From: Promethearchaeota archaeon
GTDB taxonomy: Archaea; Asgardarchaeota; Lokiarchaeia; Sigyniarchaeales; SOKP01
NCBI GenBank assembly: GCA_030599585.1
Contig: JAUVNS010000002.1
Coordinates: 32,001 to 96,000 of the forward strand
Reading direction: 5' to 3'
DNA length: 64,000 bases
The notes under the pieces were generated by a model. The model was given only the letters and a program-made list of their open reading frames with translations, did no database searches and was not told the origin of the DNA. Below, piece after piece: positions 1 to 9,066 of this stretch (position 1 is the first letter of the stretch; the number at the start of each line of letters is the position of its first letter). Made by a program: the position numbers and the translations under genes.

Positions 1-1
1 T

Positions 2-616
2 TAGAATTATTACTAGAGGGATATTTGCAAAGATTAAGTTCCTTTTATACTCTCTTTTCCATTTTATGACATTTTTATAACCATTTATATTCTGTCTTAA
101 AATATCTATTATTTTATAATAATCCAAATTAAAATTAATTTTTAAGTCGATTGAAGTTTTAACTAAGTTAACACCTTTCTTTGTTAGTTGGCGTAAGAGA
201 ATTGTTCCAACGATCACCTCAGCTTTATCCTTCCCAAATTCATTTAAAAGATTCTTTTTTGTTTCAAACCATTTTCTTATTATTGGTTTCTCCCACCAAT
301 CGCAAAATTCTTCAACAAATTCGACAAAAGGTTGTTGGAGCTTTGCTTGATAAGTTTCGTCATTCCAATTATTAAAAAAGTGAATAAAAAGCAAATTTAT
401 AACTATATTCGAGAGACATCCGTTCTTTGGTCCAGAATCCCATATATCTAAGATTAAGTCGAATCTTTTTTGACCAATATCTTGTTTTAAATGAATTGGA
501 GAAGAAAAACTAGAGGATAAATCACCGTAATCATATTTTTCAAATAATTTAATTAATAATCTAATGTTTCTTCTATGCTTATCATTCCAATCTATTGGAA
601 CTTCTATGTGCTTCAT
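2..616 (-). CDS. Hypothetical protein, 5' part only (runs off window start); last visible gene of the ParB-SNF2-DUF3883 operon
   Basis: Manual translation from ATG at 616 (MKHIEVPIDWNDKHRRNIRLLIKLFEKYDYGDL...) is stop-free for 205 codons to the window edge; 35 bp downstream of the 943-aa gene on the same strand; not in the ORF track. Confidence 0.75.
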   Translation of the reverse strand, partial: MKHIEVPIDWNDKHRRNIRLLIKLFEKYDYGDLSSSFSSPIHLKQDIGQKRFDLILDIWDSGPKNGCLSNIVINLLFIHFFNNWNDETYQAKLQQPFVEFVEEFCDWWEKPIIRKWFETKKNLLNEFGKDKAEVIVGTILLRQLTKKGVNLVKTSIDLKINFNLDYYKIIDILRQNINGYKNVIKWKREYKRNLIFANIPLVIIL

Positions 617-651
617 AACTAAAACTATTTTTTAATAAAATGTTAAAATAT

Positions 652-3483
652 TTAATTGCTTTTAATTGTCAAAATTAATTTGGATATATTATTATTTGAT
701 TCTTCAAGTAATTTAAAAATCTCTTCTCTTTCAAAAGTGGATAACTCAGTTCTTTTAAATTTTGATCTTAACAAATTTATGCGATCTCGTATTAATTTTG
801 AATGTTCTAAGCAAGATCTTCTCTCTTCTGATATTTTGATTTTCTTAACTAATCCAGTAAATAATATTTGAATTCGCTTTTTATCCTCAATTTCTTGATT
901 TAGAATTTGATCAATTATACTACTTTTTACTGGATCATTAATTATAAATTTAAATTTTTTAATCATATTAGCTTTCAATATCTTTTTTTTAGAGACAAAT
1001 TTTTTGTCAATATTATTCCTTAACCAGAGAAAAGTCATGTTTTTGATTTTCTCTTTCATTAAAATTAATTCTCTACCTCCTTTCCCTGTGTAAACTCCTA
1101 ATTTCGATAATTCAGAGTTTAATACTTCAAAATGTTCGAATATATCAAATTTTTCAATAATATAAAAGTCATTCTCTAAGCCATTTTCTACTAAAAATTC
1201 TTCCATAAGATCATAAAGAAATCTGTATGTCGAAATTTGATTAAAATCAATGTTAAAGATTTCACAAATTTCTTCGTGTTTAATCTCATTATTCACCATA
1301 TTTATTAACAATTTTAGATCTTTTAAATCAAATGGTTTATTCAATTCATACTTCGATTGAATATTAATTTCTGATTTTAATCTACTTAATTCCTTAGTAG
1401 TTAAATCTTTTGGGAACTGAACGATTTTGATAAAATTCTTTGAGTTAAAGGCTGTATCTGTTAATATTGGGCTTAAAATATTAGATAATTTTATTGTTGC
1501 TAACCTTTTATTTCCATCTATAATATTACCATAATAAGAGACAAGTATTGGATCAGTCTGCCCTTTATTTTTATACATTTTAACATATTCATTCGATTTT
1601 TCATCAAAGTTTAAATAATTAAGAATTATTTTTTCAAAAATAGGATAATTTTCGATATTATCTTTAGAAATATGAATTCCAATCCTCCTTTCAAATTGAT
1701 TAATAATGTGTAAAAAATAGTCGCTATCAATATCTAATTTTAAGTATTTAGCTTCAATTTGTTGAATTGGGAAACTATAATGTTTAAAATTCCACAGATT
1801 GATTTTATCGATTGAATCTTCAACATCAGTTATTATTATCTCTAAGTTTTCCTCGCGGAATTGAAATTTTTTATAATTAATGAGAATTTCATATAATTCT
1901 TTCGAATTGACATGAAGTTCTCTAAAAGATTCTTGAACTTTTTCATTCTCCATAATATTTTTCAAGATACTTTTAGCTAAGGATATTTTTTCATTTTCAA
2001 TTAGGTATTTTGATTTTAATATTTGGGAAAATATCATGTGTTCAAGAGGTATATAATCAAATTTATTGTATAGCTGAAATAAATGTTTTAATATTTTTAA
2101 TGCGGATTTGTTATTTCCTTTTGAACTTTTTTCTCTGGCTACAAGATATAATTTGTATCTTTCAAGATTTTTAATTTCTTTGAATTTATGGCTTAATGAT
2201 CTTTTGTTTTGATAGTATAATGCTTTTTCAACCCTTTTTAAAGCATTTGTAAAATCTGATTGTTCAAAAAGCAATCTTGCTTGAACTTCTTCTCTATAAG
2301 CGTTAATAATAAAAAAAATATCTTCTACAAAATTACCTTTTAATAGAGAAGAGATCGATTGGTATTGGTTTCTTAGAAAATTATTACAAATATTAAGACA
2401 ATCTTGATATTCATTTTTATATAATGAATTTTTCACTTTGACATAAATATATTTTAATAATGAACGGTAATATCTTTTTATATACTTTTCCTCTTTGAAA
2501 GAAGTCAGATCTTTATATGATTTAACATAAGAAGCTAACGCGATTTCTTGATCTTCAAATCTTTTCTCTTTTTTATAAAAGTATGCTAGACCTTCATAAT
2601 AATATGCTTCTGATATCTTTTGTTCATATTTTTTGTTTCTTAATTTAAAAAAATATTGAGCAAAATCATAACAAATTAAAGACAATTCTTTATTATCATT
2701 GAAATAGCAAATCTGGCCAATTGTATAGAAATATTTGGAAAAACAGAATTGAATTATTTTATCATCATAGCCCATTGCAATTTTTATTGATCTCATATAA
2801 AGTTCAGATTTTTTTCTTAAACATTCATTATTTTTTTCTGTTAATTTCCTTGCTTCGTCTAGGTAATAATTTAATAGTTTGCGATCTCCTCTATTTTTAA
2901 ATCTATAAAATTTATTATCCTTATATTTTTCTGCTAATGTTGCGATAACTAATATTTCTTCAATATCTTCTGACAATAATGATTCTAAATCATCTTCAAA
3001 ATCCAAGAAATAACTCAATTTTTCAAAATGATAATGAGAAATTATTCCTTTCTTTTTCAAAAGTTTATTATAAATAGCTTTGAATACTTCATATTTAGAA
3101 CATGAGAACCCTAATTGCTCAAAATCAGCTAATACTATTTCTAATTCATTTTTTGTTCTAATAACAAAGCCACTTTTACCTAAACCGAGTATCATGTTTG
3201 CAAACATTCTTTTATAAGTAATTTTCAATGCTTCTTTATTTCCGGGGAACAGCTTAAAAAAAGTTTTAAGTGCATTAATAGAATCTATATATAACGCGCT
3301 ATGACAATTTTCTGCATTTGTTGTTATTTTTTCAAAAAGGCGCCAACCTAAAGCTTCTTTATCTAAATTACGTTCTCTGATAATTAAGCGAATCGCATTA
3401 TCATTAAATTCTTTATTAGTAATAATTAAATTATATATCTCTTCTATATACTTATCATTAAGGAGTTCTTCTTTTAGATTCAT
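652..3483 (-). CDS. Helical-repeat (TPR-like) protein with a C-terminal ParB/Srx-like domain
   Basis: N-terminal ~540 aa is Tyr/Lys-rich helical repeats (YYYEGLAYFYKKEKRFED, FTNALKRVEKALYY); C-terminal part has GQTDPILVSYYGNIIDGNKRL and aligns with the 419-aa protein. Confidence 0.7.
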   Translation of the reverse strand: MNLKEELLNDKYIEEIYNLIITNKEFNDNAIRLIIRERNLDKEALGWRLFEKITTNAENCHSALYIDSINALKTFFKLFPGNKEALKITYKRMFANMILGLGKSGFVIRTKNELEIVLADFEQLGFSCSKYEVFKAIYNKLLKKKGIISHYHFEKLSYFLDFEDDLESLLSEDIEEILVIATLAEKYKDNKFYRFKNRGDRKLLNYYLDEARKLTEKNNECLRKKSELYMRSIKIAMGYDDKIIQFCFSKYFYTIGQICYFNDNKELSLICYDFAQYFFKLRNKKYEQKISEAYYYEGLAYFYKKEKRFEDQEIALASYVKSYKDLTSFKEEKYIKRYYRSLLKYIYVKVKNSLYKNEYQDCLNICNNFLRNQYQSISSLLKGNFVEDIFFIINAYREEVQARLLFEQSDFTNALKRVEKALYYQNKRSLSHKFKEIKNLERYKLYLVAREKSSKGNNKSALKILKHLFQLYNKFDYIPLEHMIFSQILKSKYLIENEKISLAKSILKNIMENEKVQESFRELHVNSKELYEILINYKKFQFREENLEIIITDVEDSIDKINLWNFKHYSFPIQQIEAKYLKLDIDSDYFLHIINQFERRIGIHISKDNIENYPIFEKIILNYLNFDEKSNEYVKMYKNKGQTDPILVSYYGNIIDGNKRLATIKLSNILSPILTDTAFNSKNFIKIVQFPKDLTTKELSRLKSEINIQSKYELNKPFDLKDLKLLINMVNNEIKHEEICEIFNIDFNQISTYRFLYDLMEEFLVENGLENDFYIIEKFDIFEHFEVLNSELSKLGVYTGKGGRELILMKEKIKNMTFLWLRNNIDKKFVSKKKILKANMIKKFKFIINDPVKSSIIDQILNQEIEDKKRIQILFTGLVKKIKISEERRSCLEHSKLIRDRINLLRSKFKRTELSTFEREEIFKLLEESNNNISKLILTIKSN

Positions 3484-3570
3484 TTTTTTACACCGATTTT
3501 TTCGTTATTAATACAAATTGGAATTGGAAATCATTTAATTTAGAAATATGGTTTTAAAAATCATATATAA

Positions 3571-4647
3571 CTATTTTAAACCATCATTTTCATAATTATC
3601 ATTTTCTCTTTCAATATCTGAAAATTTCATAGTTTCGTGCCTAAAACTGTCAAATGGAACTTCTACTTCATATAATGTAGGTTTCAAGGGTATTATTCCA
3701 TTTTCAACTAAATAGTGAACATTATTGAATTTCTTAAGAGTATTATTTTTTAAATTGACAAAATATATCCAATAATCTTCATTAAATTTAATAGAAGTTG
3801 AGTACTCATTTCGCGAGAGAAAAAAGCGTGAGTTTAGGCTATTAGTTGTTTTGACTTCTATATATTTACTACTCCCATCTTTATTAACAGATAAAATATC
3901 ATAACCCTTGTCAACATAATCTCTTGCGATTAGTCTAACACGGTTTATTAAATTTGGATCAGGAAATTTATTTACCTCTTGTTTTTCTAATCTAAAAGCT
4001 ATATTCTCTCCTAAAGTCCCGATAATTTTTTGTTTTTTTAAGATTTTTTCTAAATCATCCTCAGTAAATTTTTTTCCCATTAAAATTTTCTTCCAATAGT
4101 CCTCATAATCCAAAATTTCAGGGTGAAATTCAACCAGGTTTTCTGAAATTTGAAGATTAGCCTCCCAATAGTGATTTAGATTTGTAGATAATTCGAAGAA
4201 ATCATCCTCCATAGAATCAGACAATAAATTCAATGTTTTTAACATCGAAATAAGAACAGCGCAATATTTTGAACTGTGTAATTTATAAATTAAAAATCTG
4301 TCTTCTTTTTTTATTGCATATTTTTGTAAATCTTCAAATATCCAATTATTTAGCATAAACTCTTCAATTAGTTTCATCTGTAAATCTGTTATTTTTATTA
4401 AAGAATCTTGATCTGAATGACTTAAATAGTGTTCTCCAAATTCAGTTAAATGAATGATATTATTCTCATTAGAATAAAAAAAATTTAAGGTTTTTCCTAA
4501 TTTTAAACCTAAATCTGAATCACACGTACTAAGCAAGGGATTTTCCTTAATATATCGATCAAATTCATTATAGGGCATTCCTACCCCGATTGCCCTATAC
4601 TCCAATACTTTTTTTAAGATTAAATTAAATTGCCATAAAAAAGTCAT
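3571..4647 (-). CDS. DUF3883 (NO VEIN C-terminal) PD-(D/E)xK nuclease-domain protein
   Basis: GTLGENIAFRLE...GYDILS...KYIEVKTT...FFLSRNEY matches the DUF3883 signature; N-terminus is wHTH-like (IHLTEFGEHYL). Confidence 0.85.
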   Translation of the reverse strand: MTFLWQFNLILKKVLEYRAIGVGMPYNEFDRYIKENPLLSTCDSDLGLKLGKTLNFFYSNENNIIHLTEFGEHYLSHSDQDSLIKITDLQMKLIEEFMLNNWIFEDLQKYAIKKEDRFLIYKLHSSKYCAVLISMLKTLNLLSDSMEDDFFELSTNLNHYWEANLQISENLVEFHPEILDYEDYWKKILMGKKFTEDDLEKILKKQKIIGTLGENIAFRLEKQEVNKFPDPNLINRVRLIARDYVDKGYDILSVNKDGSSKYIEVKTTNSLNSRFFLSRNEYSTSIKFNEDYWIYFVNLKNNTLKKFNNVHYLVENGIIPLKPTLYEVEVPFDSFRHETMKFSDIERENDNYENDGLK

Positions 4648-4666
4648 TTAAATTACCCGAAATTAA

Positions 4667-6616
4667 TTAAATATCATCATAAAAAATTTCAAACTCTTCA
4701 GCATCAGGTTCGTTTGAAAAACCAATAAAAGATTCTGTATCATTTAGAATATGAAGCATATCTATTTCTTTTTCAATTAAGCGATTATGGATTTTATGAT
4801 CGATCGTTCCTTGAGGTAGATCGTCAGAAACTGATACTAAATAATAATATGTGATCTGATCATCATCTTCTAAACCAATTCTGTGAATTCTATCTTTTGA
4901 TTGAATAAATTGGCCACAATTATAAGACCTATCAACATAAATTGCATCGTGGCATACTTTATGGAGGGAAATTGATTCTGCGCAAGCTTGCGGATTAGCA
5001 ATTAATATAGAAAACTCATGAGGATCTTTTTTAAACCGGGAAATATAGTCTTCTCGGGATTCTTCGGTATAAATACCATTTCTTAAATCTTTTGCTTTAG
5101 ATTTAGGAGTATCTCCAATGATTAGAAAAACATGATCCTCCCCAAATTCCTCCTTGAAGAACTCATATAAGGTCTCAAGATTAATTATAAACTCGGACCA
5201 AATTAGGATTTTCTTTATATTTTTTTCATTTTTTAATTTTCTTACTAATTCAACTGTTTTTAACAATTTTGGGGAACATTCATAATTTGAATATATCTCC
5301 AAATTATTAATTACTTCCAGAATTTGATTGTCTGCTTCAATATTCTGAGATTGCCCAGCAATTTCATCTTTTAAAGATTCTAAACCATATTCTGTAGATT
5401 TTTCCATTAGTAAATTTAAATTTGAAGAAATTTGTCTTAATCTAACAATTAAACAATTTTTGTAACTATTTATTATCTCAAAATGAACTAAATTTTCAGC
5501 ATATTCGATAATATCCTTCCATCTTTCACTTACTAACTTATACAATGCTAATTGAGATGGAGAAAGGGGCACTTGAATCACCAATTCCTTTGGTTTTGGT
5601 AGATTCATTTGCGTTTTAGAGATTCGAGTAAAAAAAGGGTAAATTTTTTCTTTTATATCTTCTATAACTGAAGGGTTGGAGTTTCTAGTAAGATATTTAA
5701 AATGATTTTTATCACCTAATAATGCTCCAGGATATAAAAATGAGAATTGTGCAAAAAGATCATGAATATTATTTGGGACGGGTGATCCTGTTAAAATAAT
5801 TTTTGCTGAGCTATAAGGAGATAATCTGAGGATCGCAGAGGATCTTTTACCATCAATATTTTTGATATTATGAGATTCATCCAATACCAACACAAAACTA
5901 TATTTACTGAGTAGATCAATCAGATATCTTATATCTCTACGAGCAGTTTCATATGTTGTTAAAAATATATCAGTATCCGAAATAAGTGTCTCATCATTAT
6001 AATATTCTATCCTATCCTTTTTTCTACCATGAATTCTAATTAAGTTTGGAAGAGGCTCTTTAAAACATTCCTTGATTTCTTCTTCCCATGGCATCAATGA
6101 ACTATAAGGTCCAATTACAAGCAATTTATCAACAATCCCCTCATTTTTCAAAAAATCAAATCCTGCTAATACTATTGTTGTCTTTCCACTTCCAGGAACA
6201 CTAAAGTTTGCCACGCATTTTAATTCTATAAAATGATATACCGGCATCCTTTGATAATCAATTAATATTCTTTTAAAAGAAGGAGGGTTTTCTGAAAAGA
6301 TATTATCATGTTCTTTTATAGATTTGCCAACTTCAACTAAATCTATAATATCAACACGAGTTTTCAAATTAGTTAGAAAATTTTCTAAAACTTGTGTCTT
6401 TTTAATTTTATAATCTTTTTGTTGTTTTAAATACTCAAAAGAAAGAAGGGCTAGTTCATGATTTAATTCAAAATTTTCGAAAGTATATTGAGTGTCTTTT
6501 GGATTAGAGACTTTGTACCCATAATTATTCAATTTTACTCTAGTTTTAGCATTTGGTTTTTCTTCAAATCTTAAGATAAGGTTTCTTCTTTCATAATCCG
6601 CTATAATATTGTTCAT
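4667..6616 (-). CDS. SNF2-family (SF2) helicase/ATPase
   Basis: PGSGKT, LTTYE, VLDESHNIKN, LTGSPVPN, RLRQISSN, SPKL, QSKDRIHRIG. Confidence 0.93.
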   Translation of the reverse strand: MNNIIADYERRNLILRFEEKPNAKTRVKLNNYGYKVSNPKDTQYTFENFELNHELALLSFEYLKQQKDYKIKKTQVLENFLTNLKTRVDIIDLVEVGKSIKEHDNIFSENPPSFKRILIDYQRMPVYHFIELKCVANFSVPGSGKTTIVLAGFDFLKNEGIVDKLLVIGPYSSLMPWEEEIKECFKEPLPNLIRIHGRKKDRIEYYNDETLISDTDIFLTTYETARRDIRYLIDLLSKYSFVLVLDESHNIKNIDGKRSSAILRLSPYSSAKIILTGSPVPNNIHDLFAQFSFLYPGALLGDKNHFKYLTRNSNPSVIEDIKEKIYPFFTRISKTQMNLPKPKELVIQVPLSPSQLALYKLVSERWKDIIEYAENLVHFEIINSYKNCLIVRLRQISSNLNLLMEKSTEYGLESLKDEIAGQSQNIEADNQILEVINNLEIYSNYECSPKLLKTVELVRKLKNEKNIKKILIWSEFIINLETLYEFFKEEFGEDHVFLIIGDTPKSKAKDLRNGIYTEESREDYISRFKKDPHEFSILIANPQACAESISLHKVCHDAIYVDRSYNCGQFIQSKDRIHRIGLEDDDQITYYYLVSVSDDLPQGTIDHKIHNRLIEKEIDMLHILNDTESFIGFSNEPDAEEFEIFYDDI

Positions 6617-6623
6617 TGTTTAA

Positions 6624-7883
6624 TTAGTCCTCATCATCCTCTTTTAATAAGAAAATAATATCATTTATCTTCTCTTGATTTTGCTCCATTATTCCCAACA
6701 ACCTTTCTTCATCGATTTCAGTTTCTCCTTCATCTATAACATTTTGGATTCCATCTAATTTATCAGAAATCTGTTCAGCAAGAGTATAGATTTTTTCTTC
6801 CTTCTCACCTTCACGTATAGAATTAATTGCTGCTGTCATCAATTTATGGACTTCTCTCTTTCCTGAGACATTTTCATCCAGAGAGAGCACTTTTTCCACA
6901 GTATTTCTTAAGTCATTTCTATGTACAACTGAATTCAATTTTCTGATAACTTCTCTACTTTTCATTACCTTTTTTTCGGCAATCATTTCTGGATCTATGT
7001 TATTTTTTAACCATTTAAAAGCTAATTCTTGCATTAAGTCTAGTTCACGATCTAATTCAACTCCCTGTAAACCTGTATATCGAGCATGGCCTCTATTTAA
7101 CTTTCGCAGCTCTCTAAAATGATCAAAAAGATTTCTTTTATCGATTATTGTATACTTCTTCTCTATATCATTATCTTCCAAATAAAGTTCAATTAAATTC
7201 AAGACTTCTTCAAATTCTTCAACATCAGCATCAAATAGGTTGAACATTTTTGCTATCTCAGTTTTACTATAATTAAATGATTTTAATTTTCTTACAGCAA
7301 GAGCCTGATTTATTAAGGTATAATTTACTCTTTCATCTATAAATAATTGATTAAAAGTCTGAATTGCAAGCAACTGGCTTTTGGATAATCCTGAATCTAA
7401 CCTTACTACATCCATATGTTTATATTTATCATAGTTTCCTTCAGTTTTTACTTTTTCTTCCTGATACAATTGCCTTATAACCATATATCTTCTATTGCCG
7501 TCCAGTATTATCCCACCGTTAGTGATAATACCTGGGACTTCTTGTTGAGTATTAGAAATACTTTTCTTCAATTTTGATGTTTTTGTTTTATCAGATCCAC
7601 GCTGAAGTGTATCTTCAAATATTCCTGCATAAATCTCGCGATCTGACAAATTTTCAAAGTCCAATTCACTTCCTAATTTATTTAGTTCTTCTATTAACTG
7701 ACCCTCAATTCTCATATTATCAAAATTATATGTTAAAAATTCAATTGGAACTTTAACTACTTTTAAATCTTTCATAGTACCATCGAACCATCTTATCCGA
7801 TGTGTTCTTTCTGTAATTGCTATAACTCCATTAATTTCAATAAAATTATTTATTCTTAACGAATTCTCCTCTTCAAAAACCAT
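6624..7883 (-). CDS. ParB/Srx-like N-terminal domain protein with HTH and helical C-terminus
   Basis: VPIEFLTYNFDNMRI...QQEVPGIITNGGIILDGNRRY (ParB/Srx GxxR motif); YSKTEIAKMF is HTH-like. Confidence 0.8.
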   Translation of the reverse strand: MVFEEENSLRINNFIEINGVIAITERTHRIRWFDGTMKDLKVVKVPIEFLTYNFDNMRIEGQLIEELNKLGSELDFENLSDREIYAGIFEDTLQRGSDKTKTSKLKKSISNTQQEVPGIITNGGIILDGNRRYMVIRQLYQEEKVKTEGNYDKYKHMDVVRLDSGLSKSQLLAIQTFNQLFIDERVNYTLINQALAVRKLKSFNYSKTEIAKMFNLFDADVEEFEEVLNLIELYLEDNDIEKKYTIIDKRNLFDHFRELRKLNRGHARYTGLQGVELDRELDLMQELAFKWLKNNIDPEMIAEKKVMKSREVIRKLNSVVHRNDLRNTVEKVLSLDENVSGKREVHKLMTAAINSIREGEKEEKIYTLAEQISDKLDGIQNVIDEGETEIDEERLLGIMEQNQEKINDIIFLLKEDDED

Positions 7884-8076
7884 AATTTAAACCATCCTAA
7901 TTTAAAGATTTTTTTATATTTAATATATTGAGAGATTCCACCATAACAAATGAAATAGATCATATATTTGTCTTTAGTAAATTCATAAAACTATTCTTTT
8001 CAAATTAAAACTATAATAATTTGATGAACAAAAATTATTTAAATTTATACAATGCCGTAAATTTGTGTATTCCTGA

Positions 8077-8102
8077 TGTAAAAAAAAATCCTGCTTTTTA
8101 CA
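8077..8102 (-). terminator. Putative terminator of the 39-aa gene (T9 tract on the minus strand within a TGTAAAAA...TTTTTACA inverted repeat)
   Basis: tgtaaaaaaaaatcctgctttttaca lies ~20 nt downstream of the microprotein stop codon. Confidence 0.45.
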
Positions 8103-8119
8103 ATTTAAAATCATTTCTT

Positions 8120-8239
8120 TCATTTTTTTTTTAAAGCAGCCCTTTGAGCTCTCGATTTAAAACCCTGGTTTTTTCCGCTCTTATCTGCATGAGATTGTAT
8201 CCTACGAGCTGCTTTTGAACTCATCTTACTTTTTCCCAT
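8120..8239 (-). CDS. 39-aa basic microprotein MGKSKMSSKAARRIQSHADKSGKNQGFKSRAQRAALKKK (SMP/LEA-like 'A.RIQS...F..RAQ.AA' type)
   Basis: Manual translation; perfect SD GGAGGTGA (8245-8252) 5 nt upstream of the ATG; richer in GC than its flanks; below the ORF-track size cutoff. Confidence 0.85.
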   Translation of the reverse strand: MGKSKMSSKAARRIQSHADKSGKNQGFKSRAQRAALKKK

Positions 8240-8259
8240 ACTTTTCACCTCCTTTTGGA

Positions 8260-8381
8260 TTACTGTTTTTTCTCATATTAAAATTAAAATCATTATTATA
8301 TTTAAATATTATTGTTTTTTTCTAATAATATTGAGAAAAAGTAATATTTATTAATACGGACTGATAATATTAATTAAAAGA
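8260..8381. promoter_or_regulatory. Divergent promoter region with TATA-like boxes and imperfect inverted repeats (candidate CARF-HTH operator)
   Basis: Palindromic TATTTAAATA at 8299-8308; TTTATTAATA ~26 nt upstream of ATG 8382; TTTTCTCATATTA (8268-8280) is nearly inverted to TAATATTGAGAAAA (8326-8339). Confidence 0.45.
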
Positions 8382-9065
8382 ATGAGATTAAGTGATCCTA
8401 TGAAAATCCAAATCGCTTCATTTGCGTTAGTGCCTGACCATATTTTTATAGCTGAAAGATATTTTCATACTGAGAAAATAATTCTGATCTTAAGCGAAGA
8501 GAATAAGGAAAAACAAGCCAATAACAATGAGGAAATTAGCTCTAAAATTAATGAGGTGATTGGATTCTATGAAAAATTAAATGTTCCCGTAGAAAAAATA
8601 TATGTGAATTATAAGAACTTTATGGAAATGACTTTGAAATTAGCCAGATTACTTAAAATGTTTTCTCCTGATGACCAAATTTTGTTGAATCTTAGCGGTG
8701 GTCGTAGGTCAATCCCGATTTCTTTAATATATGCGGGAACCTTTATTAGTAATTTCAAGGATATTAATATTAAATGTGTAGTTATACCTGAAGACAAGAC
8801 TTATACTCCATTTAACTTGTTACCAAATTATTTACCGGACGAAATCGATATCAATCTAATGTCAAGGTTACCACAGAATTTAACCCTAACTGATTTAGAA
8901 AAGGATTTAGGAATAAAGCAACCTACAATATCAATTAGGTTAAAAAGGCTTGAAAAGTATGGATTCATAACCATGAAGGGAAGAAAAAGAGAATTAACGG
9001 ACTTAGGACTATTAATGGTCGACATTACTAATCTGGAATTCAATAAAGAGGATGAGGTAAACTAG
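8382..9065 (+). CDS. CARF + winged-HTH transcriptional regulator (Csa3-like)
   Basis: CARF motif ILLNLSGGRRSIPISL; C-terminal HTH LTDLEKDLGIKQPTISIRLKRLEKYGFI...RELTDLG; alternative start at 8400. Confidence 0.88.
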   Translation: MRLSDPMKIQIASFALVPDHIFIAERYFHTEKIILILSEENKEKQANNNEEISSKINEVIGFYEKLNVPVEKIYVNYKNFMEMTLKLARLLKMFSPDDQILLNLSGGRRSIPISLIYAGTFISNFKDINIKCVVIPEDKTYTPFNLLPNYLPDEIDINLMSRLPQNLTLTDLEKDLGIKQPTISIRLKRLEKYGFITMKGRKRELTDLGLLMVDITNLEFNKEDEVN

Positions 9066-9066
9066 T

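Noticed and set aside
6624-7883. Chromosome or plasmid partitioning parB
   Set aside because: No parA or parS-like repeats; context is helicase/nuclease
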